From Lysobacterales bacterium (GTDB lineage: Bacteria > Pseudomonadota > Gammaproteobacteria > Xanthomonadales > SZUA-5): a stretch of DNA of 64,000 bases. The stretch is taken from positions 1 to 64,000 of the forward strand of contig JALHMH010000007.1 of NCBI GenBank assembly GCA_022844165.1. Direction: 5' to 3'. The position numbers and the translations under genes were made by a program. Positions 1-10,073 of the stretch are shown piece by piece. How positions within the stretch are numbered: the stretch's first letter is position 1; each line of letters begins with the position of its first letter. The notes beneath the pieces are model-generated. The model was not told the origin of the DNA. It made no database searches and saw only the letters and a program-made list of their open reading frames with translations.

Positions 1-459
1 TTGTTCCTGAAGACTGCGCGCGCTGTCGCTGCCGACTATCCTGGGATCGCCTTCAACGAGATGATCGTCGACAACGCCTGCATGCAACTGGTGATGGATC
101 CGCAGCAGTTCGATGTGATCGTGACCACCAACTTATTCGGCGACATTCTCTCCGACTTGTGCGCCGGGTTGGTCGGCGGGCTCGGCCTTGCACCGGGCGC
201 AAACATCGGCACAGACGCAGCGATCTTCGAGGCAGTGCACGGTTCCGCGCCGGATATTGCCGGCAAGGGCGTTGCGAACCCGAGCGCGTTACTGTTGGCT
301 GCGGCCATGATGCTCGATCATCTGGCTTTGCCGGAACATGCCGAGCGTATCCGTGGCGCAATTCACGCGACGCTGGAGGCCAAGGATCGGCTGACGCGCG
401 ATCTGGGCGGCAGCGCGGGCACTCGGGATTTCACCGATGCAGTGATTTCTCGCCTTTGA
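1..459 (+). CDS. Isocitrate/isopropylmalate dehydrogenase family protein (probably NAD-dependent isocitrate dehydrogenase), 5'-truncated by the window edge
   Basis: Motifs IVDNACMQLV, NLFGDILSD and FEAVHGSAPDIAGKGVANP. Confidence 0.9.
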   Translation: MFLKTARAVAADYPGIAFNEMIVDNACMQLVMDPQQFDVIVTTNLFGDILSDLCAGLVGGLGLAPGANIGTDAAIFEAVHGSAPDIAGKGVANPSALLLAAAMMLDHLALPEHAERIRGAIHATLEAKDRLTRDLGGSAGTRDFTDAVISRL

Positions 460-498
460 TCGATTGCGCGCTGACGTTTGGCAGCGCGCCATCTCGGT

Positions 499-870
499 TC
501 AACGTCCTGCGGGCATGAACTCTTGAATCGCCTTGACCAACTGCCCTTCGTTCACGGGCTTGGTGATGTACCCCTTGGCGCCCTGGCGCAGACCCCAAAC
601 GCGATCGGTTTCCTGGTCTTTGGTGGTGACCAGAATGACCGGAATATGGCTGGTCGTTTTTTCTCGGGCGATGGTACGCGTGGCCTGAAACCCGTTTAGA
701 TTCGGCATCACCACATCCATCAGGATCAGGTCCGGGATATGTTGTTTGGCCATCGCCACCCCCTGGTTGCCATCCTCTGCGGTCACGACAGAGTGGCCCA
801 GGCTTTCAACAATGCGTTTGAGCACGAGCAGCTGCGATGGCGAATCGTCAACGATCAGAACCTTGGCCAT
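499..870 (-). CDS. pilH: PilH-like single-domain response regulator (CheY family, twitching motility)
   Basis: MAKVLIVDDSP...DLILMDVVMPNLNGFQATR...VTTKDQETDRVWGLRQGAKGYITKP; start trimmed to ATG at 870. Confidence 0.85.
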   Translation of the reverse strand: MAKVLIVDDSPSQLLVLKRIVESLGHSVVTAEDGNQGVAMAKQHIPDLILMDVVMPNLNGFQATRTIAREKTTSHIPVILVTTKDQETDRVWGLRQGAKGYITKPVNEGQLVKAIQEFMPAGR

Positions 871-1003
871 GAAGTCACACCTATTTGCTTGCCATCGAAC
901 TTCGATTCTAGCTTGAGCGTGAGGCATACAAGCAAGCGCCAATGCGTTTGCTTCGATGCCGGCCCAGTTGAGGCGAGAAACACGCCGCGCCAATCGCGAA
1001 TGA

Positions 1004-1990
1004 TTACGCGTTGATCCGAACCACGGTCCGGCCGCGGCCGCCCCCACCGACGAGGCGCTCGAACACGTTGGGCAAATCGTCCAACGTCGCCTCTTCGGTG
1101 ATGATGCGATCGAGGTGCCGCGGGCGCCACTCGCTGGCCAGACGCTGCCAAAGGTCGCTGCGAATCGGATAGGGTGTGCCGGAAGAATTGATACCGATCA
1201 GGCTGATGCCACGAATGATGAACGGCATGACGGTGGTATGCAGTTCGGTACCACCAGCCAGTCCGCAACTGGCAATGCAACCCCAAGGTTTGATCATGCG
1301 CGTCAGGCCAGAGAGCATTTCGCCACCGACGTTGTCGACAGCACCGGCCCAAGTGGCGGTTTCCATCGGCCGTTGACCGAAATACAACCCCTCGCGACTG
1401 ATGCACTGCTGCGCACCGATGCTGGTCAAGAACTCGAACTGATCGACCTTGCCGGTGATCGCATGCACTTCGAATCCGGCACGCGTAAAGATGTCGATCG
1501 CGAGCATGCCCACGCCACCGGTGGCGCCGGATACGACGATTGGGCCCATGTCGGGCTTCTGCCCGGCGGCCAGCATGCGCCACAACGACAGGGCCGCGGT
1601 GAATCCGGCCGTACCGATACCCATTGCTTCGCGCAGACTCAGATTCGGCGGCAAAGGTACAGCCCACTTGGAATCGACACGCATCACTTCGCTGTAGCCG
1701 CCATCGCGGTGTTCCGACAGCCCGGAGCCAGTTACGAGCACTGCATCGCCTTCGCGAAACCTGGGATCGCGGGAATCGATCACGTGACCGGCAAGATCGA
1801 TGCCGCCCACCAAAGGGGAGCGGCGAAGGATCTTGCCGGTACCGGTGCCGGCCAACGCGTCTTTGTAGTTGACGCTGGAGTACGCAACCCGCACCGTCAA
1901 CTCGCCGTCGTTGATATCTTCGAGCCGCAGCGTTTCGATGCCTGCGCGGTGCGGCTCGTGAATGCGAAATGCGCGAAAAGTGTCGGTCAT
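1004..1990 (-). CDS. acuI: AcuI/YhdH-family medium-chain oxidoreductase (acryloyl-CoA reductase-like)
   Basis: YSSVNYKDALA, GTAGFTA, GATGGVG and TTVMPFIIRG motifs. Confidence 0.85.
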   Translation of the reverse strand: MTDTFRAFRIHEPHRAGIETLRLEDINDGELTVRVAYSSVNYKDALAGTGTGKILRRSPLVGGIDLAGHVIDSRDPRFREGDAVLVTGSGLSEHRDGGYSEVMRVDSKWAVPLPPNLSLREAMGIGTAGFTAALSLWRMLAAGQKPDMGPIVVSGATGGVGMLAIDIFTRAGFEVHAITGKVDQFEFLTSIGAQQCISREGLYFGQRPMETATWAGAVDNVGGEMLSGLTRMIKPWGCIASCGLAGGTELHTTVMPFIIRGISLIGINSSGTPYPIRSDLWQRLASEWRPRHLDRIITEEATLDDLPNVFERLVGGGGRGRTVVRINA

Positions 1991-2108
1991 GGCGGCTCTT
2001 CAATCGGCGATGAAACAAGTCTAGCCCGAATGCTCATCACGGCCCTGCGGAGCGGATAAAAATACCGGGCACCGCGCTATTCTTGCGCCAACTGCAGGAG
2101 AGCTCGCC

Positions 2109-3056
2109 ATGATCGACGACCGCTACTTTCTTGAGCCCGCGGCCTGGAGCGTCGACGCGGCCGCCCTGCTCGCCGTTCGCAACGCGGTATTCAGCGGCGA
2201 GCAGTCCATCGAAAGAGTCGAGAGCGATGAACACGATCCAACAGCCGATCACGTGTTGGCACGCACACCATCCGGCGAGGCAATTGCCTGCGGGCGGCTC
2301 AAGCAAGACGGCGAAATCTCCCGCATCGCTGTGTTGCCGGCGTGGCGCGAACAAGGTGTGGGCGCGGCCCTGTTGAGGCATCTGATCGAGCGTGCACAGA
2401 GCTTCGGATTGCGGCAACTTTCTGCGTATGCGAACTTGGAGGCTGTGGCGTTTTACGCGCGTTTCGGCTTCGCGGCGAGCGGTGCACCATTTGTTGCGCA
2501 CGGCGTGATTCACCAGCGCATGGGGCTGGAACTACCCGAACACGTTCCGCACCCGGCGCTGATCAGGCCGCTCTTGGCCAGCGACAGCAAGCGTCTGACG
2601 TCTGTGCGCGCGAGCGACTTGCACGAGGCCTTTTTGCAATTGTTCGGCGGCGCCCGCCATGAGATTTTTTTGTACACCAGGGACTTCGATCCGCCGGTGC
2701 TGAGCCAGTCCGACATCGTCGATGCCGTTCGCCGTGTGGCGCTGTCGGGACGCATGGCCAGCGTCCGGATCTTGCTGCAGGACTCGACCCGAGCTGCGCG
2801 CGAAGGACATCGCCTGGCAGACCTCGCGCAGCGATTATCGAGCCTGATTCGCATCCGCACGCCGAGTCAGGACGACCTCAACTATGCGAGCGCTTTTGCC
2901 CTCAACGATCAAGGCGGTTATTTGTTTCGCCCGTTCGGCGATCGTTATGAAGCCGAAGGCGATTTGCACTACGCTCCGCGGCGCGATGAACTCAAGCGCT
3001 ACTTCGATGAAGTCTGGGAACGCGCCGAGCCCACGGCGGAACTGCGACGTTTGTAG
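2109..3056 (+). CDS. GNAT acetyltransferase fused to an uncharacterised C-terminal alpha/beta domain
   Basis: N-terminal RIAVLPAWREQGVG acetyl-CoA motif and FYARFGF; RBS GGAG upstream. Confidence 0.8.
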   Translation: MIDDRYFLEPAAWSVDAAALLAVRNAVFSGEQSIERVESDEHDPTADHVLARTPSGEAIACGRLKQDGEISRIAVLPAWREQGVGAALLRHLIERAQSFGLRQLSAYANLEAVAFYARFGFAASGAPFVAHGVIHQRMGLELPEHVPHPALIRPLLASDSKRLTSVRASDLHEAFLQLFGGARHEIFLYTRDFDPPVLSQSDIVDAVRRVALSGRMASVRILLQDSTRAAREGHRLADLAQRLSSLIRIRTPSQDDLNYASAFALNDQGGYLFRPFGDRYEAEGDLHYAPRRDELKRYFDEVWERAEPTAELRRL

Positions 3057-3058
3057 CG

Positions 3059-5104
3059 CTACAACAAACCCTGAGCGCGGATGCGTTTGATTTCATCGCG
3101 CAGCCTCGCGGCGGCTTCGAATTCCAGATTCTGCGCATGCTGGAACATCTGGTCCTCGAGTTTCTTCAGGCGCGCACCAAGTGTTTCCGGACTCATCGCC
3201 GCGTAGTCGATACGCGGCTCGGCCACAGCCGCAGCGCCGATGGTCTGCGCGCCGCGACGGGGTCGTTTGCTCTTTCCACTATCATCGTTCGCCGGCTCGT
3301 CGCGCGCGCCTTCCATGACGTCGGTGATGCGTTTGACGATGCTCTTGGGCGTGATGTTGTTAGCGAGGTTATGTTCGACCTGTCGCATACGGCGTCGATC
3401 CGTTTCTTCCAACGCTCGACGTATCGAGTCGGTGATCCTGTCGGCATACAAGATCGCCTTGCCGCGCAAGTTTCGCGCGGCGCGGCCGATGGTCTGGATC
3501 AGCGATCCGCCGCTACGCAAGAAACCCTCCTTGTCGGCGTCGAGTATCGCCACCAGCGACACTTCGGGCATGTCCAAACCTTCACGTAGCAGATTGATGC
3601 CGACCAGCACATCGAATTTCCCAAGGCGCAGATCGCGGATGATCTCGACGCGCTCGACGGTTTCGATGTCGGAGTGCAGATAGCGCACTTTGACGCCCTG
3701 CTCGGTCAAGTAATCGGTGAGGTTCTCGCTCATGCGTTTGGTGAGCGTGGTCACCAGCACCCGATCGCCCCAACTCACACGTTCCTTGATCTCCGACAAT
3801 AAATCGTCGACCTGACTCGCCACTGGACGCACCTCGGTGTCAGGATCGACGAGGCCCGTCGGACGCAGCAGTTGCTCCGTGACCCGCTGGTCGGTCTTTT
3901 TCAGCTCATAGGGTCCCGGCGTGGCCGAGACAAAAATCGCTCTGGGCGCGCGGTTTTCCCACTCCTCGAATCGCAACGGACGATTGTCCAGCGCGCTCGG
4001 CAAGCGAAAGCCATAATCCACCAGCGTTTCTTTACGCGAACGATCCCCTTTGTACATCGCACCCAATTGCGGCACGGTGACGTGGCTTTCATCGATGACC
4101 ATGAGTGCGTCGGGTGGCAGATAGTCGAACAAGGTCGGGGGCGCCTCGCCTTCGGCCCTGCCGGTCAGGTGCCGCGAATAGTTTTCGATGCCCTGGCAGT
4201 AGCCTATTTCCGCCATCATTTCCAAATCGAAGGTGGTGCGCTGTTTCAGACGTTGCGCCTCCAGTAGTTTGTTCTGCGCGTACAGAACTTCGAGCCGTTC
4301 GGCAAGTTCGGTCTTGATCGTGGCCATCGCTTCGAGCACGGTGCGGCGGCTGGTGACGTAGTGCGACTTTGGGTACACAGTAAAGCGAGGTACACGCTTT
4401 TCGATCTCGCCAGTCAGCGGATCGAAGATCGCCAGGTCTTCGATTTCGCCATCGAACAACTCGATGCGGAGCGCTTCGCGCTCGCTCTCCGCCGGGTGCA
4501 CATCGATCACTTCGCCGCGCACACGATAGGTACCGCGACGCAGCTCGTAGTCCCCGCGCGTGTACTGCAGTTCCGTGAGGCGCCGCAAAATCTCGCGATC
4601 GGGGATGCGATCGCCGCGCACCAGATGCAGCACCATATTGAAGTATTCGTTCGGATCTCCGAGGCCATAGATGGCCGACACCGTGGCGACGATCAGCACA
4701 TCGCGCCGCTCCAGGAGCGCCTTGGTCGCCGACAAGCGCATCTGTTCGATGTGCTCGTTGATGTTGGCGTCCTTTTCGATGTAGGTATCGCTCGATGGCA
4801 CATAGGCCTCGGGCTGGTAATAATCGTAGTAAGAAACGAAGTACTCGACCGCGTTGTGCGGGAAGAACTCTTTGAATTCGCCGTAGAGCTGCGCCGCGAG
4901 CGTCTTGTTCGGTGCCAGAATCAAAGTCGGCTTTTGTACCGTTTGCACGACGTTGGCAATGCTGAAGGTCTTGCCGCTGCCGGTCACGCCCAATAGAACT
5001 TGATGCGCGAGCCCGGCCTCGAAGCCTTGGACCAGTTCGGCGATGGCCTGCGGTTGATCGCCGGATGGGGCGAAGTCGGAGACCAGTTGGAATCGATCGG
5101 ACAT
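3059..5104 (-). CDS. uvrB: Excinuclease ABC subunit B
   Basis: [26 protein letters not shown] and [10 protein letters not shown] motifs plus C-terminal UVR coil; start could be 5104 or 5125. Confidence 0.97.
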   Translation of the reverse strand: MSDRFQLVSDFAPSGDQPQAIAELVQGFEAGLAHQVLLGVTGSGKTFSIANVVQTVQKPTLILAPNKTLAAQLYGEFKEFFPHNAVEYFVSYYDYYQPEAYVPSSDTYIEKDANINEHIEQMRLSATKALLERRDVLIVATVSAIYGLGDPNEYFNMVLHLVRGDRIPDREILRRLTELQYTRGDYELRRGTYRVRGEVIDVHPAESEREALRIELFDGEIEDLAIFDPLTGEIEKRVPRFTVYPKSHYVTSRRTVLEAMATIKTELAERLEVLYAQNKLLEAQRLKQRTTFDLEMMAEIGYCQGIENYSRHLTGRAEGEAPPTLFDYLPPDALMVIDESHVTVPQLGAMYKGDRSRKETLVDYGFRLPSALDNRPLRFEEWENRAPRAIFVSATPGPYELKKTDQRVTEQLLRPTGLVDPDTEVRPVASQVDDLLSEIKERVSWGDRVLVTTLTKRMSENLTDYLTEQGVKVRYLHSDIETVERVEIIRDLRLGKFDVLVGINLLREGLDMPEVSLVAILDADKEGFLRSGGSLIQTIGRAARNLRGKAILYADRITDSIRRALEETDRRRMRQVEHNLANNITPKSIVKRITDVMEGARDEPANDDSGKSKRPRRGAQTIGAAAVAEPRIDYAAMSPETLGARLKKLEDQMFQHAQNLEFEAAARLRDEIKRIRAQGLL

Positions 5105-5177
5105 GGCTGTTCGCTGGCTTTTCATGGCCCCGATGATGCGTCAGTTCGCTGCCACGTTCCGTCAAACTGCGGACTTT

Positions 5178-5195
5178 TGTCAGAAAATTCTGACA
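5178..5195. promoter_or_regulatory. Perfect inverted repeat TGTCAGAA-AA-TTCTGACA between divergent uvrB and fimT; probable transcription-factor site
   Basis: 8-bp perfect arms in an AT-richer intergenic region. Confidence 0.5.
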
Positions 5196-5275
5196 GCGAA
5201 ATGCGCGTTACGCTGATAGTGCGAAGTTCAGTGCTCGCTTAGCGTATTCCCACCATCCACTGAGGGGAAATCGTC

Positions 5276-5797
5276 ATGCGCCAATCGGGATTTACGTTGT
5301 GGGAGTTGCTTGTGTCTGTCGCCGTCCTGGTTGTTCTGGCCACCATCGCGCTGCCATCGTTGAGTGCTCTACAACAAAAGAACCAGTTGACGAGTGCCAA
5401 AAACGCCCTGATGGTTACACTCAATCTGGCTCGCAGCGAGGCCATTGTTGGCACCCGGCCCGTCATCGTCTGCCCATTGTCGTCGCCGACGACGTGCGAA
5501 CAGCGGACCGACTGGTCGCGCGGCTGGCTGGCCTACCGCGACGACAACCGAAATGGCCGGCTCGATCCGGTCGAACGCGTGCTGAGCGTATATGAACTCG
5601 ACAATGCGAGGTTGCGGGTTCGCACAAGCGACGGTCGCCGCAAACTCACCTATCGCTCGATGGGACGTTCGGAAGGCTCCAATGTACGATTCGTCTTTTG
5701 CGTTGAAGGCAGCAGCGAGTATTCCGGCCAGGTTGTGGTCGCAAACACGGGCCGCGCGCGGACCGTCGGTCGCGCGCCAGCGGGCGCGTGTGGCTGA
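5276..5797 (+). CDS. fimT: FimT/GspH-family minor pilin or pseudopilin
   Basis: Prepilin cleavage/methylation site G|FTLWE, hydrophobic helix and LARSEAI motif. Confidence 0.85.
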   Translation: MRQSGFTLWELLVSVAVLVVLATIALPSLSALQQKNQLTSAKNALMVTLNLARSEAIVGTRPVIVCPLSSPTTCEQRTDWSRGWLAYRDDNRNGRLDPVERVLSVYELDNARLRVRTSDGRRKLTYRSMGRSEGSNVRFVFCVEGSSEYSGQVVVANTGRARTVGRAPAGACG

Positions 5798-5813
5798 TCT
5801 GTAAAGACTGCGC

Positions 5814-5833
5814 CCGGCCGTTCGAATGGCCGG
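5814..5833. terminator. Hairpin between convergent fimT and kinase genes
   Basis: CCGGCCGT-TCGA-ATGGCCGG stem; no clear U-tract. Confidence 0.35.
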
Positions 5834-5837
5834 CACA

Positions 5838-8660
5838 CTATTCCGACGTCGCCACGGATGCCCGCTCGTTGAACAGCGCCCGCTGCTTGCGCAACCATGC
5901 ACCGTTGCTACCCAGGCGATCGAGTGCCTGATCCCAACTCGCTAATGCAGCGCGGCGCGCTTCGCCGCTGATCGCCAGGCTTGCAGCCGCCAGCGCCGAC
6001 ATCGCCTGCGTTTCCACGTCGGCCTCCGGCAAGGCATCGTGGATATCCCGTAACAGACGACGCGCTGCGTCCGCATCCGTGGGAGATCCGCGAAGCGCCA
6101 GCGCCGCGGCGAGTTGCGCGCTCATCGCCACCAGTATCGGATCACCCTCCGGCAACAAACTGCGGCCTTCGGCATCGGCATCCAACATCTGATCGATGGC
6201 CGCATCGAGGCGGCCGGCATTGCGCGCGTATGTGCCGAGCGCAAACCGCCCGAGCACGGCGCTCACCTGACCTGCCGCACCGAGTTTGGTGTAGCCATCG
6301 ATGGCACTTTGCTGCAATCGAACCGCCTCATCGAAACGACCCGCATCGGCGTGCACGCGGGCCAAAGAACTGAGGTGTTCCCAGGTCAATTCACTTTGCG
6401 CCCCTTGCGTTTTCAGCGCGAAATCGTGCGCTTTCTGCAACCACTCGGCGGCCGCGTCGGTTTGATTGCGCGCAACTGCCAGGTCGCCGAGCCGCGCGTA
6501 GGCATCGGCCAGGTCGTTGTGCTGCAGAGGCTCCAGCACAGCGAGCGATGTCTCCAGCGACGATTGCGCTGCGTCGAATTGACGCAGGCGTCGCTGCATG
6601 GCACCCACGCGCCCCAGCGCATCGGCGGTATGAAAATGCGTATCGCCCAGTTGCTTGCGGGTGATCGCGTGGACTCGCTGGTAAACTGCCAGCGCATCTT
6701 CGTATCGTCCCTCGCGGCGATAGATGTCGCCCAGGTTGGACAGCGGGAACAGCAACTGCGCGTGCTCTTCCCCGCGCGCTTTCTCGAGAATGGCCAACGA
6801 TCTCTCCAGCGAGGCGCGCGCGCCCGCGACGTCATCGGCCCGCAACTGAACGACAGCAAGATTGCTCAAACGCATCCCAAGATCAGGATCGTCGGGACCG
6901 CGACGTTTTTCAAACTTGGCAATCACCTGCTGCATCAAGGCCAGGGCTTCCTGGTATTGGGAGCGAGAAATCAGCACGCGCACCTGGCGGTTCTGCATAT
7001 CCGCGACGCGCAAGTGCTCCTCGGCGTGATGCGAGCGATAAATCGCCAACGCTTCGGCGATCAGCGGTTCGGCGGCATCGAATTTCCCTTGCTGGAAAAG
7101 TACCGAGATCTTGCTCGACAAAACGATGGCCAGCGCTTCGTCCATTGGGTTGCGCCGGCGGCGATAGTCGATGCTCTGCTCAAGCAGCGGCAGTGCTTCT
7201 GCAGCGCCACCCAGGTTTACCTGGACTTCGAGCAAGTCGCCGAGAACACTGTCCTGCAGATCCCGATCGGAGCCCAGTTCCTTTTGCGCACGTTCGATGC
7301 CGCTGGCGACCATTTGCAGAGGGGTGCGTGCTGCGGCGCCTTCGCGCGTTGTGCCTTCGGTTTCGGCGAACAGCGACGTCAGAAAGGTCTTCACCCGTTC
7401 GGCGCGCTGCGCTTGTGCCTGCGCGATTTGCGCTTGATCGCGGGCCACCTGCGCCTGCCATAGCGCTGCGCCCAGTCCGCCGATCAGCGATATCAGCGCC
7501 AGAAGGCTGGCAACCACACCGCCGCGATGGCGACGCACGAACTTGCCTATTCGGTAAGAAAGTGTGTCCGGGCGAGCGCGGATCGGGCGACCTTCGCGGT
7601 AGCGCTGCAAATCTTCGGCGAATGCCGCCGCCGAGGGATATCGACGCTCGGGTTCCAGCGCCAATGCTTTGAGCACGATGGTGTCGAGTTCGCCGTCGAT
7701 CCGTCCAGTGGTTGCTTTGCCAGCGACCTGGCTCGGGCGTTCCGTTGTATCGCTGCTGACGGCTCGAGCAACGTCGCCGGGTCGCTCGCGGCGACCGTGC
7801 GGCAGTTGCCCGGTGAGCAACTCGAACAACACCAGGCCCAGTGCATAAACATCCGTGGCGGTGCTGATCGGTTCGCCGCGAATTTGTTCCGGCGTCGCAT
7901 ACATCGGCGACATCACGCGCATGTCGGTCGCTGTCAGTTCGGTTGCGTCTCCGGGCTCAAGCAACTTGGCGATACCGAAATCCAACAGATGGGGCTTACC
8001 TGACTCATCGACGAGCACATTCGAAGGTTTGATATCGCGATGTACGATCAACTGTCGGTGCGCATAATCGACTGCGTCGGCAATGTCCTCGACCAGCTTC
8101 AATCGACTCGTCACACCGAGCGAATGCGTCTGCGCGTAAGTCACGATGTGCTCGCCACGGATCAACTCCATGGCCAGCCATGGCGTATCGCCATCGACGC
8201 CGGCATCGATCAACCGGGCGATCAACGGATGATTGAGGCGCGCCTGGATTTGCCGCTCGCGCGCAAATCGGGCGACGAAGTCCGGGCCAAGACCGCGGCG
8301 CAGCACTTTGATCGCGACTTCTTGTTCAAAGTCGCCCGAATCGCGTCGTGCGCGATACACCTCACCCATGCCGCCACGACCGAGCCGCTCGGACAACACG
8401 AACCCAGCGATTCGCTCGCCGCTCTGGTCGGGCATCGGCAAGGGCGCAAATGGCTCAGCGAGCGGATCGCCGAGCGCGTTTCCATCCAGCAGCCCTGTGC
8501 CCCCAACATCGGCGAGTAACATACGTTCAAGCTCATCGGCGATGTCTGGCTCCTCCCAGGCCAGACGCGCGACGGCCAGCGCACGCTGCTCGTCGGGCAT
8601 TTCCGACAGAACATCAAAGTGACGCAACAAACGCTGCCAACGCTCGCCAGCGTCAATCAT
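5838..8660 (-). CDS. Hanks-type Ser/Thr protein kinase with a transmembrane helix and extracytoplasmic TPR repeats
   Basis: LGRGGMGEVY, VAIK, HRDIKPSN, DFG and YATPEQ motifs; TM segment GGVVASLLALISLIGGLGAALW; repeated TPR-like helices; ATGA overlap with the ECF gene. Confidence 0.92.
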   Translation of the reverse strand: MIDAGERWQRLLRHFDVLSEMPDEQRALAVARLAWEEPDIADELERMLLADVGGTGLLDGNALGDPLAEPFAPLPMPDQSGERIAGFVLSERLGRGGMGEVYRARRDSGDFEQEVAIKVLRRGLGPDFVARFARERQIQARLNHPLIARLIDAGVDGDTPWLAMELIRGEHIVTYAQTHSLGVTSRLKLVEDIADAVDYAHRQLIVHRDIKPSNVLVDESGKPHLLDFGIAKLLEPGDATELTATDMRVMSPMYATPEQIRGEPISTATDVYALGLVLFELLTGQLPHGRRERPGDVARAVSSDTTERPSQVAGKATTGRIDGELDTIVLKALALEPERRYPSAAAFAEDLQRYREGRPIRARPDTLSYRIGKFVRRHRGGVVASLLALISLIGGLGAALWQAQVARDQAQIAQAQAQRAERVKTFLTSLFAETEGTTREGAAARTPLQMVASGIERAQKELGSDRDLQDSVLGDLLEVQVNLGGAAEALPLLEQSIDYRRRRNPMDEALAIVLSSKISVLFQQGKFDAAEPLIAEALAIYRSHHAEEHLRVADMQNRQVRVLISRSQYQEALALMQQVIAKFEKRRGPDDPDLGMRLSNLAVVQLRADDVAGARASLERSLAILEKARGEEHAQLLFPLSNLGDIYRREGRYEDALAVYQRVHAITRKQLGDTHFHTADALGRVGAMQRRLRQFDAAQSSLETSLAVLEPLQHNDLADAYARLGDLAVARNQTDAAAEWLQKAHDFALKTQGAQSELTWEHLSSLARVHADAGRFDEAVRLQQSAIDGYTKLGAAGQVSAVLGRFALGTYARNAGRLDAAIDQMLDADAEGRSLLPEGDPILVAMSAQLAAALALRGSPTDADAARRLLRDIHDALPEADVETQAMSALAAASLAISGEARRAALASWDQALDRLGSNGAWLRKQRALFNERASVATSE

Positions 8661-9229
8661 AGCCAGTGTGCCTCCCCGAGTGCTGCATGAAGCCACGCTC
8701 TGGCGCGGCGCCAATCGCGTTTGACCGTGGTTCTGGAAACAGCCGCCGCATCGGCAGCTTCGTCGAGCGTCAAGCCGCCAAAAAAACGCAGCTCGACCAG
8801 TTTGGCGAGGCGCGCGTCGAGGGTTTCAAGTTCGTTTAAAGCCTGATCGAGCGCCAACAGGCGATTGCCGTCGAGATCGGCTTGCGGTTCGTGATGCAAG
8901 CCGTCGATATCGGTCACGTCGGGATCGCTTCCGCGTTTTTGCGTTAACCGCTGGCGCGCCCGGTCGATCAGAATCTGCCGCATCGCGCGCGCAGAAACAG
9001 CATAGAAGTGATGGCGATCTTGTAAACCAAGCGACTCCGGTCGCGACAGCCGGAAATACGCTTCATGCACCAGCGACGTGGCGCCCATTGAAGCAGGCTG
9101 TTGGCGCAGTTGTTTTTGCGCGATCTGGTGAAGATCAGCATAAACGGCGGCGAACAGCTTATCCGCCGAATTGCGGTTGCCATCGCGCGCCGATCGGATC
9201 AGATCCGTCAGTTCCAAGCCGCACTCCAC
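8657..9229 (-). CDS. ECF sigma factor of the kinase-associated type (TIGR02999-like)
   Basis: ATSLVHEAYFRL, AMRQILID, LVELRFFGGLT and TVKRDWRRARAWL motifs. Confidence 0.9.
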   Translation of the reverse strand: MECGLELTDLIRSARDGNRNSADKLFAAVYADLHQIAQKQLRQQPASMGATSLVHEAYFRLSRPESLGLQDRHHFYAVSARAMRQILIDRARQRLTQKRGSDPDVTDIDGLHHEPQADLDGNRLLALDQALNELETLDARLAKLVELRFFGGLTLDEAADAAAVSRTTVKRDWRRARAWLHAALGEAHWL

Positions 9230-9355
9230 GTCAGGAGACTGGGCCCATTCTAACGAATACTGTCTGGATACTTGTTATCCGGATCGCGGAAGGGCGAGCA
9301 AGCTCCGAGGAACTTGCCCGCCGGGCATCAAAAGCACTTAACCCAAACCGTATGC

Positions 9356-9916
9356 TCAGAAGCGCACTTCACCCGTCACACCGATCATGTCGTAGTCGAA
9401 GTCCGCGCGGCCGTCGCTCACTTTATAGCGGTCATAGGAGAGGCTGACGCCGAATTGCTCGTTGAAGTCGTAACCGCCGCCAATACCGAGATAAAAGTCG
9501 TTGTTGCTTTCGTCGAGTAGAGACGAAGTCGTGCCTGTACGAATTCGTCCTTCGGCGTCCCAAAAAAACATACCAGCACGGGCACTCAAGAAAAAGCCGG
9601 CGGCTTCGTCGGTCAGCGGTAGCCGGCCGCTCACGCCGATGTACATGCCATCGGATTCGACTGAGTTGGTCAGGCCACCAATCGCGACGTCATCTTCCAG
9701 TTTTCCGAGGTCGACAAAGCCAATTTCGGCGCCGAAATTCTCCACGAAGCGCCAACCGGCGCCGATGCGGAAACCCGTGTCGTTGTCATCAATGCCCAGA
9801 TCGTCGACGCTGGCGCGGCCAACCGCGCCATCGACATACAGGCCTTGATGTGCCAGCGCCAAACCCGGCGCCGCCAGAAGGGCGGCCAATGCCAGCGAAA
9901 AGATGCTTTTGCGCAT
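9356..9916 (-). CDS. Small outer-membrane beta-barrel protein (OmpA-like transmembrane domain)
   Basis: Signal peptide, alternating beta-strand pattern (GAGWRF, GGGYDF) and terminal Phe. Confidence 0.85.
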   Translation of the reverse strand: MRKSIFSLALAALLAAPGLALAHQGLYVDGAVGRASVDDLGIDDNDTGFRIGAGWRFVENFGAEIGFVDLGKLEDDVAIGGLTNSVESDGMYIGVSGRLPLTDEAAGFFLSARAGMFFWDAEGRIRTGTTSSLLDESNNDFYLGIGGGYDFNEQFGVSLSYDRYKVSDGRADFDYDMIGVTGEVRF

Positions 9917-10073
9917 GAATATTCTCTCTATTTTGGGGGAACCTCGCGTCGCCGACGCGCAACGCTACGATGCGGCCGAAAAATGACAACGCCCCCTGCC
10001 GAAAGTACGTGGGTAGAATTTTCGTTAGCAATCGTTAATCGCGCTGAACAGCAGCTGCCGTTCCACAGCGAAT

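Noticed and set aside
925-945. Possible sigma54 promoter (TGGCGC..TTGT) upstream of pilH
   Set aside because: The spacing is one base short and the -12 GC is missing
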